From: an uncultured Gemmatimonadales bacterium
GTDB taxonomy: Bacteria; Gemmatimonadota; Gemmatimonadetes; Gemmatimonadales; GWC2-71-9
Direction of reading: 5' to 3'
Assembly (NCBI GenBank): GCA_963730185.1
Contig: CAVSQW010000001.1
Span: forward strand, 1 to 64,000
Length of the DNA: 64,000 bases
The first letter of the stretch is position 1, and each line of letters begins with the position of its first letter. The notes beneath the pieces were generated by a model. That model did not search any database, was not told the DNA's origin, and saw only the letters and a list, made by a program, of their open reading frames with translations. The position numbers were made by a program, and so were the translations under genes. Below are positions 1 through 8,702 of this stretch, piece after piece.

Positions 1-465
1 GCCGTGGCCGATCTGGAGCAGCGCGCCGACGACGATGATCCCCGAGATCGCATTGGTCACCGACATCAGCGGGGTGTGCAGAGCGTGATGCACGTTGCCG
101 ATCACGTAGTAGCCGATCACGATCGCCAGCGCGAAGACCGTCAGGTGCACCTGGAGGGCGGCCGGCGAGAGTGCGATGAGAGCGAACAGCACCGCGGCGG
201 CGGTGAACGTGATGCCCAGCCGGCGTCCGGTCGTCATCGGGGTCCTGGCGTGCTTGTGCTCGGTGTCTGCCGGGGATGCGGCCGCGCTGGCGGTGGGTGC
301 CGCGGACACCTGCACCGGCGGTGGCGGCCAGGTGGTTTCGCCATTGCGGACCACGGTCACCGACCGCTGGACGACGTCGTCGAAGTCCAGGGTGAGCTGC
401 CCGTCCTTCTCCGGCGTGAGCAGCTTGAGCAGGTTGACCAGGTTGGTGCTGTAGAGCTGCGAGGC
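1..465 (-). CDS. pntA: NAD(P) transhydrogenase alpha subunit, internal/C-terminal fragment only (N-terminal part absent, runs off window start)
   Basis: Manual minus-strand translation gives [55 protein letters not shown]...[29 protein letters not shown], the hallmark of single-chain PntA. Not in the ORF track. Similarity stops abruptly at about 465. Confidence 0.88.
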
Positions 466-478
466 AGTCGTCCGCGCG

Positions 479-1396
479 ATGGATGTCTCGCCCCAGGGGC
501 GGATCGCGTTGGTCGCCACGACCGACCACGAGCCCGGCGAGGTGGCGGCGTTCGACGGAGGAAGCATCCGGCGCCTGTCGCACCACAACGACTCCTTGGC
601 CGCGGCGCTCGCGCTCGGTGACGTGCAGGAGCTGACCTCCCGGAGCAAGGACGGGGCGGAGGTCCACAGCCTGCTCTACCTTCCGCCGGGTTACCGGGCC
701 GGCCAACGCTATCCGCTGGCCCTTCACATCCATGGCGGCCCCTTCGGGCAGGATCAGCACGGGTTCGACCTGATGCGGCAGTCCTTCGCCGCGCAGGGCT
801 ATGTGGTGTTGACGGTGAACTACCGAGGCAGCTCGGGGCGGGGCGAGGCCTACAGCAAGGCGATCTACGCCGACTGGGGCAACAAGGAGGTGCTCGACCT
901 CCTCGGTGCGGTCGATGCGGTCGTCGCCAAGGGAATCGCCGATCCGGACCGGATGGTTCTCGGTGGCTGGAGCTACGGCGGCATTCTCACCGACTACACG
1001 ATCGCCTCGGATCGGCGATTCAAGGCGGGGGTCGCGGGGGCGGGCAGCGCGCTCCAGTTCACCATGTACGGAACCGACCAGTACATCTACCAGTGGGAGA
1101 ACGAGGTCGGACTGCCGTGGAAGCATCCCGACGTCTGGATGAAGCTGTCGTACGCGTTCTTCAAGGCCGACCGGATCACCACCCCAACGCTCTTCATGGG
1201 TGGCCAGCGCGACTTCAACGTCCCGATCATGGGCAGCGAGCAGATGTACCAGGCGCTCAGGACGCTGGGCGTTCCGACGGAGCTGGTGGTCTTTCCTGGA
1301 ATGTTCCACGGTCCCAGCGCGCCCAGTCAGCAGGTGGAGCGGGTGAGTCGGTTCATCGACTGGTGGGAGCGCTACGTGAAGCCGGTCCTGCCGTAA
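479..1396 (+). CDS. S9 family prolyl oligopeptidase/acylaminoacyl peptidase, C-terminal part (5' truncated)
   Basis: [20 protein letters not shown] nucleophile motif, DFNVP and FHG triad residues. Most of the beta-propeller is missing and the frame is closed by TAG at 452-454. Confidence 0.85.
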   Translation: MDVSPQGRIALVATTDHEPGEVAAFDGGSIRRLSHHNDSLAAALALGDVQELTSRSKDGAEVHSLLYLPPGYRAGQRYPLALHIHGGPFGQDQHGFDLMRQSFAAQGYVVLTVNYRGSSGRGEAYSKAIYADWGNKEVLDLLGAVDAVVAKGIADPDRMVLGGWSYGGILTDYTIASDRRFKAGVAGAGSALQFTMYGTDQYIYQWENEVGLPWKHPDVWMKLSYAFFKADRITTPTLFMGGQRDFNVPIMGSEQMYQALRTLGVPTELVVFPGMFHGPSAPSQQVERVSRFIDWWERYVKPVLP

Positions 1397-1414
1397 GGGG
1401 CCGGGCGCTCGACG

Positions 1415-1816
1415 CTACGCCGGCGACGGCGTGAGTTCGACCACGTCGTCGGTTCGAATCTCGGCCCAGGCGGTCTCGGGGGCGAGGTAGATGGGCACCG
1501 GGCGATAGCCGAGCTCCCGGGCTACCAGGCTCCCGAGGGCCAGGATGGCGTCCGGCCGCGCGAGGACGATCCCAGCCGGCGCCCGTCCGCTCCGGATCAG
1601 CTCGAGCAGGATGGCGCTCGACGAGCTCGAGCCGACGGTCGAGCTCAACAGCACGATGCGGTCCCGGAGCGAGACGCCGAATTGCGGATGGCGCGGGTCG
1701 GAGACGGTGGCGGTGACCGGGTCGACCCCGCCCCAGAAGCTCAGCGGCGGCTCGAGGCGGAGGGCCGGACCGCGGGCCGGGCCGGCCACCCACGCGGTCC
1801 CCTCCAGCCGGATCAC
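1415..1816 (-). CDS. Aconitase X small (swiveling) subunit, DUF126
   Basis: PLSFWGGVDP..G...D.RHP and GSSSSS motifs. Its GTG start overlaps the TGA of the large subunit. Confidence 0.85.
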   Translation of the reverse strand: MIRLEGTAWVAGPARGPALRLEPPLSFWGGVDPVTATVSDPRHPQFGVSLRDRIVLLSSTVGSSSSSAILLELIRSGRAPAGIVLARPDAILALGSLVARELGYRPVPIYLAPETAWAEIRTDDVVELTPSPA

Positions 1817-3069
1817 GTCCAGACCCGTTCGTCGCGTACCACCACGCCCTCTCGGGCCGATGCGACGCAATCGTCCAGGCTACCGAAGACGGTGTCGTAG
1901 CCCGTGAGGGCCGGCCCGTAGTGCGCGAACTTGCCGGAGTTCGTCATCAGCACTCCGCCGCCCGGGGGGAGGATCGGCGTCACCACCACGCAGGTGTCGA
2001 CGATCACCCGGACGTTGAGCCGTTCGAGTGCGGCCAGCCGGCCGTTGGCCTCGAGCCCCTTCCGGACGTGACGCCCGGTACAGGCGTGAATCGGAATGCG
2101 GGCGGGGCGACCGTCCAGGGCCCGCGCCAGGGCCGTGAACTCGTCGAGGGAGAAGTGGGGGCTTCCGAGGGCGACGGCATCGATCCGATCGCCGCTGGTG
2201 GTCGAGAGCCGGTCCCGCTCGTCCCGGATGAGATCGGGGGTAACCCGGAGGACGGCGGCGGGCCGGGTTCCGCCGCCGGCGTCGGCCACCGTGGCAGCTT
2301 CCGGGGTCACGCCGGCGACATGCAGCAGTCCGACCGCCCCGGTCGAGGCGGCGGCCGCGCCGAGGGCCTTGAGCTGGTCCTCGGTGACGCCGGGAAAGAG
2401 CCCCTCGATCACGCCGACCGCATCGCCGATGGCGCGCCCATACCAGGACCCCAGCACCGGAAAGAGCACGTCGGCGCGGCGGAGCGTCGGGGACAGGGCG
2501 GTGACGTCGACGACGACGGTCGCACGCCGTTCCTCCGGGCGGTGAAGGCCGACGTAGGGCACCCGGCCGACCAGGGCGCAGCAGATATCGAGGAAATCGC
2601 CGTAGCGGTTGGTCCGGGCGCCCAGGACGGAGTTGCAGAAGACCACGGCGTTGCTCTCGCCCCAGGCGACGTCGGTGCCGAGACCGGGCCGGTGGCCGGC
2701 CTGGTAGGGAGCGCAGGTCCAGGTCGGGCGGCACCCCATCGCTTCGTAGGCTTTGACCATCCGCTCGGCCATCATCCGCCGATGGGGGTCCAGCCGGATC
2801 CGCTCCGGATGGAAGGGGTCGAGTGCGCCCACGTTGAGGGTGGTCGGTACCGCGACCCGGGCGGCGCCCTCGAGCAGCCGCTCGGCAAACTCCACCCCAC
2901 CGTCGCCGTGATAAAGGGCGCCGTCGATGTGGGCGGAGACGATCGGGACCAGTCGATCGGCCCCGAGGCGAACGGCCATCTCCGCCACCAGCCGCATGGC
3001 CATGGCGGCCGCCCGGCCGGCCGCACCGGCGGCGAGCGACTGTTCCGAGTCGGTCAGGTGAAGGGGCAT
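1813..3069 (-). CDS. Aconitase X catalytic (large) subunit, DUF521
   Basis: AHIDG, TWTCAPY, AWGESNAVVFCNSVLGARTNRY, LGSPH, DTC and MTNSGKFAHY motifs. Start taken at MPLHLT. Confidence 0.88.
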   Translation of the reverse strand: MPLHLTDSEQSLAAGAAGRAAAMAMRLVAEMAVRLGADRLVPIVSAHIDGALYHGDGGVEFAERLLEGAARVAVPTTLNVGALDPFHPERIRLDPHRRMMAERMVKAYEAMGCRPTWTCAPYQAGHRPGLGTDVAWGESNAVVFCNSVLGARTNRYGDFLDICCALVGRVPYVGLHRPEERRATVVVDVTALSPTLRRADVLFPVLGSWYGRAIGDAVGVIEGLFPGVTEDQLKALGAAAASTGAVGLLHVAGVTPEAATVADAGGGTRPAAVLRVTPDLIRDERDRLSTTSGDRIDAVALGSPHFSLDEFTALARALDGRPARIPIHACTGRHVRKGLEANGRLAALERLNVRVIVDTCVVVTPILPPGGGVLMTNSGKFAHYGPALTGYDTVFGSLDDCVASAREGVVVRDERVWT

Positions 3070-3192
3070 GGAGGTCGAGTCGGAAGAAAGCGCCCGGGAT
3101 CGGGCCGGCGCAAGCCGGGCTGGACGAGCGTCCGACGCGGCGGCATCTTGGCCGGGCGCTCGTTCCTCCGCCCCGATCGATCCGAGGTACCG

Positions 3193-3870
3193 ATGACTCC
3201 CCGAGCCCGCGGTGACGCCACACTCGACATCGAAGTCGAAGACCGCAACGGCGTGGCGGTCGTGTGGTTCAACCGCCCCAAGGTGCTCAACGCCTTCCGA
3301 CTGGCGACGTTCGCCCGGCTGACGGAGGTGCTGGACCAACTGGCGGAGGCGCCGGATCTGGCCGCGGTGGTGCTGACCGGTCGGGGCCGGGCCTTCTGCG
3401 CGGGGGAGGACCTCGCGGAGATGAACGACGCGGCGGAGACCGGCTTTGCCTTGGCCGAGGCGCTCACGGACCTGAACCGACTTCAGGCGCTGACCCGGAG
3501 GCTGGTGGCCTATCCGAAGCCGGTCATCGCGGCGATCAACGGACCGGCCGTGGGGCTCGGGGCCGAGCTCACGCTCGCCGCCGATCTCCGGATCGCGTCG
3601 CCCGACGCCTACTTCCTCTATCCCGAGGCGCGCCGGGGCATGTTGGAAACCAACGGCACCTTCCGTCTCCTGCCCGACGTCGTCGGGGTGGGGCGGGCCG
3701 CGGAGTGGCTGCTCAGCGCGCGCAAGGTGCCGGTCGACGAGGCCCTTCGGGCGGGCCTGGTGAGCGAGGTGGTGGACCCAACGCGGCTGGTGGACCGGGC
3801 TGTGGCACTGGCCCGACAGGCCGCCGGCGGCGCGGCGGCCGACGACAGTCGGCCTGCCCGCGAGGCGTGA
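3193..3870 (+). CDS. Enoyl-CoA hydratase/isomerase family protein
   Basis: NRPKVLNA, GRAFCAGEDL, KPVIAAINGPAVGLG and PEARRG crotonase motifs. The upstream part of ORF 1921..3870 is antisense shadow. Confidence 0.85.
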   Translation: MTPRARGDATLDIEVEDRNGVAVVWFNRPKVLNAFRLATFARLTEVLDQLAEAPDLAAVVLTGRGRAFCAGEDLAEMNDAAETGFALAEALTDLNRLQALTRRLVAYPKPVIAAINGPAVGLGAELTLAADLRIASPDAYFLYPEARRGMLETNGTFRLLPDVVGVGRAAEWLLSARKVPVDEALRAGLVSEVVDPTRLVDRAVALARQAAGGAAADDSRPAREA

Positions 3871-3943
3871 TCGGGCCCAGAGGGAACGGGGCGCTGGCTC
3901 TCGACCGGTAGGCCGGTCGGGTTGGACCGGTTGACCACTCGCC

Positions 3944-4867
3944 TCAGCTGGAGACCGGAGTCAGCCGATCGGCCAGGGCCGAGAAGTTGGGTAGGAAGGT
4001 GAGACCGAGTCGATCGAGGAGCGCTCGGCGTTCGGCCGCCGCCGGACCCCCGACGAAGATCGGAATGCGACCGCCGGCGGCACTGGCCAGCGTGCGGAGG
4101 TCAGCGTCGACCGCCTGGTCGTCGACGGGGTAGACCAGGCTGAGTCCCACGGCGCCGGCCTGGCTTCGTTCCACCGCGACGGCGATCTCCTCACCGGCCA
4201 GGTCGGGCCCCAGGTAGACCGGTCTCCATCCGCATGAGGCGGCGATCAGCGCCGCCAGCATGGCGCCCACCTCGTGATGTTGGCCGGTCGGGGTCGCGGT
4301 CACGATGACCGGTGCCCGGCTCGACGCCCGCCCGAAGCTCAACAGGCTGTCGACCACCTGCCGCAGGACCCCCGTCGCGAGGTGCTCCTGGACGATGCGG
4401 AGCTCACCCGCGTGCCAGCGGTCGCCGATCGTCTTGACCAGCGGCGACACGACCGCCTCGGCGAACTGGACCGGCCCCAGGCCGAGGGCCGCCCGCCGAA
4501 GGGTCGTATCCAGTCCGGCACCATCCATCCATTCGATCGACTCGAGGCATTGCGCCACGATGGCGCTGCCCTCGCCGGCGTCGTGGGCGGCGGGGAGGTC
4601 GGGGCTCGCTTCCGCGACCAGCCGCTCGATCGCCTCGTTGTCGAGCTCGGCCAGTTGACTGATGGCGTGGCCGTAGTAGGTGGCTCGCCGGAGCAGGGTC
4701 AGGCGCTCGACGTCGGCTTCGGAATAGAGACGCTGCCCGCCGGCGGTCCGGCCTGGTGAGACCACGCCGTACCGGCGCTCCCAGGCTCGGAGGAGATCGG
4801 GCGACAGCCCGGTGCGGCGGAGCACCACCCGCATCGGGTAAATGGGTCGATCGTGAACGATGGCCAT
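3944..4867 (-). CDS. MerR-family cobalamin-binding regulator, CarH/LitR-like
   Basis: N-terminal LRAWERRYG..P.RT.GGQRLY winged HTH, W-x9-EH (WHAGELRIVQEH), B12 motif QHHEVG, YLGPD, GLS and VGG. Confidence 0.85.
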   Translation of the reverse strand: MAIVHDRPIYPMRVVLRRTGLSPDLLRAWERRYGVVSPGRTAGGQRLYSEADVERLTLLRRATYYGHAISQLAELDNEAIERLVAEASPDLPAAHDAGEGSAIVAQCLESIEWMDGAGLDTTLRRAALGLGPVQFAEAVVSPLVKTIGDRWHAGELRIVQEHLATGVLRQVVDSLLSFGRASSRAPVIVTATPTGQHHEVGAMLAALIAASCGWRPVYLGPDLAGEEIAVAVERSQAGAVGLSLVYPVDDQAVDADLRTLASAAGGRIPIFVGGPAAAERRALLDRLGLTFLPNFSALADRLTPVSS

Positions 4868-4874
4868 CGGATCA

Positions 4875-4971
4875 AGAATACCATCTGTAATGGTATTGTC
4901 AATGTAATACCTTGACAAAAGACCGCCACGGTGAGATAATGGTGGCAGGAAAGCTGGACAAAAGCAGTACA
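4875..4971. promoter_or_regulatory. Back-to-back sigma70-type promoters with candidate operator repeats
   Basis: Plus strand: TTGACA(4912-4917)-17 bp-GATAAT(4935-4940). Minus strand: TTGACA(4902-4897)-16 bp-TATTCT(4880-4875). Inverted repeat AATACCAT-N5-ATGGTATT at 4877-4897. TGGACA/AGTACA hexamers 11 bp apart at 4955 and 4966. Confidence 0.7.
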
Positions 4972-4995
4972 ACCATCCATCCGAAGGAGCCTAGC

Positions 4996-5499
4996 ATGTT
5001 GGATCGCACCATCACCCTGGCTGCCGCCGCGTCGCTGCTCGTTGCCGCCCCGGCCGTGGCCCAGGGCCACCAGGCGTCTTCGCCGCCGCCCCCGCACGCC
5101 AACACCATCGTCGACGTCGCGGTCGCGGCCGGCAACTTCAAGACCCTGGTCAAGGCGGTGCAGGCCGCCGGGTTGGCGGAGACGCTGAGTGGACCGGGGC
5201 CGTTCACGGTCTTCGCTCCCACCGACGCGGCATTCGCGAAGCTGCCGGCTGGAACCCTCGACGCGCTGCTGAAGGACAAGCAGAAGCTCGCGGCGATCCT
5301 GACCTACCACGTCGTGCCGGGCATGGTGACGGCCGATCAGGTGGTCAAGCTCCACTCGGCCAAGACCGTCAACGGCACGTCGCTCGAGATCAAGGTGGTC
5401 GACGGCAAGGTCATGGTCGACGGCGCGCACGTCGTGGCGACCGACATCAAGGCCTCGAACGGCGTGATTCACGTGATCGACGCCGTCGTGCTGCCCTGA
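4996..5499 (+). CDS. Secreted fasciclin (FAS1) domain protein
   Basis: Signal peptide, [44 protein letters not shown]. Confidence 0.92.
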   Translation: MLDRTITLAAAASLLVAAPAVAQGHQASSPPPPHANTIVDVAVAAGNFKTLVKAVQAAGLAETLSGPGPFTVFAPTDAAFAKLPAGTLDALLKDKQKLAAILTYHVVPGMVTADQVVKLHSAKTVNGTSLEIKVVDGKVMVDGAHVVATDIKASNGVIHVIDAVVLP

Positions 5500-5574
5500 G
5501 GTCGCGGTCGTCGTCGCGGGTGAAGTTTGGGGAGCGGAGGGTGTCCTGGCGGACGTCCTCCGCTCCGTCGTTGA

Positions 5575-6945
5575 TCAGGTCGCGCTGAAGGGGGAGTCGG
5601 GAAAGTGGAGGTGCCGAGCGGTCCCGCGCTCCATGGCGTCGAGCCGGAGGAAGAACGAGCCGACCCCGGCGGCGCCCTGCATGTAGCCGGTCTGGGCGAT
5701 GACCTTTTCGGGTTCGATTCGATTCTCGGCTTGGACCCAGCGGAGGCCGCCGGCGGCGTCCTCGCTCCGGCGTCGCTGGGTATCGGCGATGACCCGCTCC
5801 AGGAACTTGCGGCTGCCGATGGCGGGCTCGGCACCGGCCAGGTCGATCATGAACTCGCCCACGCCCACGTTGCCGCAGCACTGGCTGATGTTGTTCCAGA
5901 ACCCGGCGGTCCGCTGCTCGGGGACCCCGGTGGCGTAGAGGCCGCGGGTCAGACGGCCGATCCACTCGACCCACTGCGAGTCGCCGGTGAGCTCGTGCAG
6001 CCGGTAGAAGAGGCGCGACGTGCCGGCGGGGCCGTGGCACCAGCTGAGGTAGTAGCGGGTCAGGCCGTCGTCGGTGTCGTTGTGGAAGATCAGGGCGCCG
6101 TCGCCGTTCGGGGTAGCGACCGCTTGCAGGTAGCGGGCGCCGGCCAAGGCCGCGCTGAGAAACTCCGGCTCGCGGGTTTGCCGGTACAGGGAGGCCAGGA
6201 AGTAGCTCACCCCGGCGGTCCCGTGCGAAAAGTTGGGGTAGTTCCTCCGGAAGTCCTTCGCCGGGTACCACATCGTCCCGCCCTCGGCCGGCTCGCCGGC
6301 CGCGAGGAGCCGACGCCCCGCCTGCCGCGCCAACTCCAGGACCTGACGATCGCGGTTCCGCTCGTCGGCCCGAAGGAGGAGGAGGCCGATGCCGGCATTG
6401 CCGCTGATGATGTCCCAAGATCCGCCCCAGTCGGCGCCGTGATCGTCGCGCCGAGCCCGAGCGGCCAGTCGGTCGAGCGCCCGGTCGGCCACCTGGCCGG
6501 CTCGTTCCTCGCCGCCGAGATCGGCGACTGTCTGGAAGGTGAAGGCGAAGCCGGCGAGTCCCGTATAGAGACCGCCGTCGAGGTGCTCGTCGTCCGCGTC
6601 GAGCGCCGCGGCGAGGTGCTCGACCCCCTGGCGCGCCGCGGACCGCCAGCGCTCGTCATGGGTGGCCCGATAGAGCTCGGTGTAGAAGAGAATCACACCC
6701 GGCATACCGTTGTAGAGGTCGAGCTCCACCGAGTCCGGTTCGAGCGGATTGGCTGGCCAGGCGATGCCGTGATCGGTCTCCTGACGGCTGGTCTCGATCC
6801 AGCGGGCGCAGCGAAGGGCGAGGTCGAGGTACGGCCGATCGCTCCGGCGCGTGCCGACCGGTAAGGCCGATCGCCAGCTCGTGGGCACCCCGACGAACGC
6901 CGCCGCCGCCGCCACCTGTTCGAGCCACTCCCGTCGTGTCGTCAC
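5575..6945 (-). CDS. LanC-like (lanthionine synthetase C-like) protein with a Tat-type signal
   Basis: Repeated GxxG motifs (LYNGMPG, LYTGLAG, IISGNAG, FSHGTAG), Zn-ligand motifs WCHG and QCCG. N-terminus TTRREWL plus a hydrophobic stretch. GAGGAGG RBS before GTG. Confidence 0.8.
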   Translation of the reverse strand: MTTRREWLEQVAAAAAFVGVPTSWRSALPVGTRRSDRPYLDLALRCARWIETSRQETDHGIAWPANPLEPDSVELDLYNGMPGVILFYTELYRATHDERWRSAARQGVEHLAAALDADDEHLDGGLYTGLAGFAFTFQTVADLGGEERAGQVADRALDRLAARARRDDHGADWGGSWDIISGNAGIGLLLLRADERNRDRQVLELARQAGRRLLAAGEPAEGGTMWYPAKDFRRNYPNFSHGTAGVSYFLASLYRQTREPEFLSAALAGARYLQAVATPNGDGALIFHNDTDDGLTRYYLSWCHGPAGTSRLFYRLHELTGDSQWVEWIGRLTRGLYATGVPEQRTAGFWNNISQCCGNVGVGEFMIDLAGAEPAIGSRKFLERVIADTQRRRSEDAAGGLRWVQAENRIEPEKVIAQTGYMQGAAGVGSFFLRLDAMERGTARHLHFPDSPFSAT

Positions 6946-6949
6946 CGTC

Positions 6950-7059
6950 TCCCTCCTCGGCCCTCCGAGCCCACCTGTTCCATTCCCTCCCCGTCCCACC
7001 CCGTCCCACCCCTCTCCCCCTCCACCCCGTCCCACCCCCCCCCCTCGTCCCCTCCTCCC
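6950..7059. repeat. C-rich low-complexity tract with CCCCGTCCCA repeats (G-rich on the minus strand)
   Basis: ccccgtcccaccccgtcccacccctctccccctccaccccgtcccacccccccccctc, seen directly. Confidence 0.8.
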
Positions 7060-8702
7060 TACGGCCGATACCCCGGCCCCCGAAGCACCTTCCCCGGCTT
7101 GGCCCCGGTGTACCGCCCGCCTTCGAGCACCACCACGCCGTTGACGAGCACGTACTCGATTCCCTCGGACGGGAGCGACGGCTCGGCGAAGGTGGCGCGA
7201 TCCCGCACGTGGACCGGGTCGAAGACCACGATGTCGGCCGCGAGGCCGGGCGCGAGCTTGCCGCGATCGTAGGTCATGACTTCGTTGGCGGCGACGGCGC
7301 TCATCCGGTGGATGGCCTGCTCCAGGGTGAGGGCACCCATCTCGCGAACGTATCGACCCAGGATCCGGGGGAAGGCCCCGTAGCCGCGGGGGTGGACCGC
7401 CCAGCCGAAGGCGGCGGGGCCGGCGTCGGTATCGAAGGAGGTGAACTCCTCCCGCATCGCCTTGACCTTGTTGCCCTCCCACATGCTCTGGGGCATCGCG
7501 GCCACGTCACCGCTCCGGCAGAGCTCGAAGAAGAGGTCCCAGGGGTCGCGGTCGAGTTGCCGGGCGATGGCGCCGATGCTCTGACCGTTGTACTTGGCGT
7601 ACTGGTCGGGCAGACGAGCCACCACGATCCGGTCCCAGTCGTGGCCGGCGTGGGCGTACCAGTTCTCCCAACCGCCCAGGGTCTCCATCTCGCGCCGCAT
7701 CTCGGCCCGGGTGGTCGAATCGGCCAGCCGGATGAAGAGCGAGTCCTGACCCGCGGCCGAGTGACGGGGGTGGAGCAGCGAGCGGATGCCGAGTCCGTTG
7801 TTGACGTAGGGGTAGATGTCGACGCCGACTTCCTGGCCTTCGTAGCGGGCGGCCTTCACCCGCGCCAGCGCCTGGTCCATCTTGCCCCAGTTGGCCTGAC
7901 CCGCCGCCTTCAAGTGGTAGATGTGGACCGGGGTGCCCGCCGCGCGCCCGATCCGGAGGGCTTCGTCGATCGCCTCGAGCAACCGGTCGCCTTCGTTCCG
8001 CATGTGGGTGAAGTAGCGACCGCCGTACTGCCCGGCCACCTTGGCGAGCTGGGTGATCTCGTCTTCGGAGGCGTAGATGGCGGGCGGGTAGATCAGCGAG
8101 GTGGAGAGCCCGATCGCGCCGGCCTCCATCGCTTCCCGCACCATGCCGCGCATCCGGTCCAACTCGGCCGGGGTGGCCTGGCGATCGCGATCGCCGATGA
8201 CGATCTGGCGAATCTGGGTGTGCCCCACGGTCTGGACCACGTTCATCGGCAGGCCGGCGCTCTCGAGCCGAGCGAAGAATTGTCGCATGGTCTGCCAGCC
8301 GGCCTTCTGGGCGTCCGCTTCGCTCAGCGGGGCATCACTCTCGCCTTCGCCGGCGTTGATGGTGGTGATGCCCTGCGACAGCAGATTGAAGGCCGCGCCC
8401 GGATCGGTGATGAAGGGCCGTCCGGTCTGGCCCATCATGTCGAAGAAGCCGGGGGACACGACTTTGCCGCGGGCGTCGATGACCCGGGCCGCGGTCGCGT
8501 CGGTAAGCTTGCCGATCGCGGCGATCTTGCCGTTGGCGATGGCCAGGTCGGCTTCGAACCAGGGGGCTCCGGTGCCGTCGACGATCCGACCGCCTCGGAT
8601 GAGGACGTCGTAGCGAGCCTGGGCCCCAGCCGGAGCGGGGCTCAGGAAGAGGAACGCCGCCGCGCCGACGATGAAGGCGCCCCGCCGGTGGAGTGCGGCC
8701 AT
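7059..8702 (-). CDS. N-acyl-D-amino-acid deacylase family amidohydrolase, secreted
   Basis: GGRIVDGTG, SPGFFD, GAIGLSTSLIY, HMRNEG, HPRGYGAFPR, ADIVVFD. Signal peptide. ATG overlaps the upstream TGA. Confidence 0.85.
   Translation of the reverse strand: MAALHRRGAFIVGAAAFLFLSPAPAGAQARYDVLIRGGRIVDGTGAPWFEADLAIANGKIAAIGKLTDATAARVIDARGKVVSPGFFDMMGQTGRPFITDPGAAFNLLSQGITTINAGEGESDAPLSEADAQKAGWQTMRQFFARLESAGLPMNVVQTVGHTQIRQIVIGDRDRQATPAELDRMRGMVREAMEAGAIGLSTSLIYPPAIYASEDEITQLAKVAGQYGGRYFTHMRNEGDRLLEAIDEALRIGRAAGTPVHIYHLKAAGQANWGKMDQALARVKAARYEGQEVGVDIYPYVNNGLGIRSLLHPRHSAAGQDSLFIRLADSTTRAEMRREMETLGGWENWYAHAGHDWDRIVVARLPDQYAKYNGQSIGAIARQLDRDPWDLFFELCRSGDVAAMPQSMWEGNKVKAMREEFTSFDTDAGPAAFGWAVHPRGYGAFPRILGRYVREMGALTLEQAIHRMSAVAANEVMTYDRGKLAPGLAADIVVFDPVHVRDRATFAEPSLPSEGIEYVLVNGVVVLEGGRYTGAKPGKVLRGPGYRP

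Noticed and set aside
4..621. 205-aa plus-strand ORF at window start
   Set aside because: Mostly the antisense shadow of the pntA fragment, running out of frame into the peptidase.
5575..6945. Lanthipeptide biosynthetic cluster
   Set aside because: No dehydratase (LanB/LanM/LanKC), Cys/Ser/Thr-rich precursor or transporter nearby.
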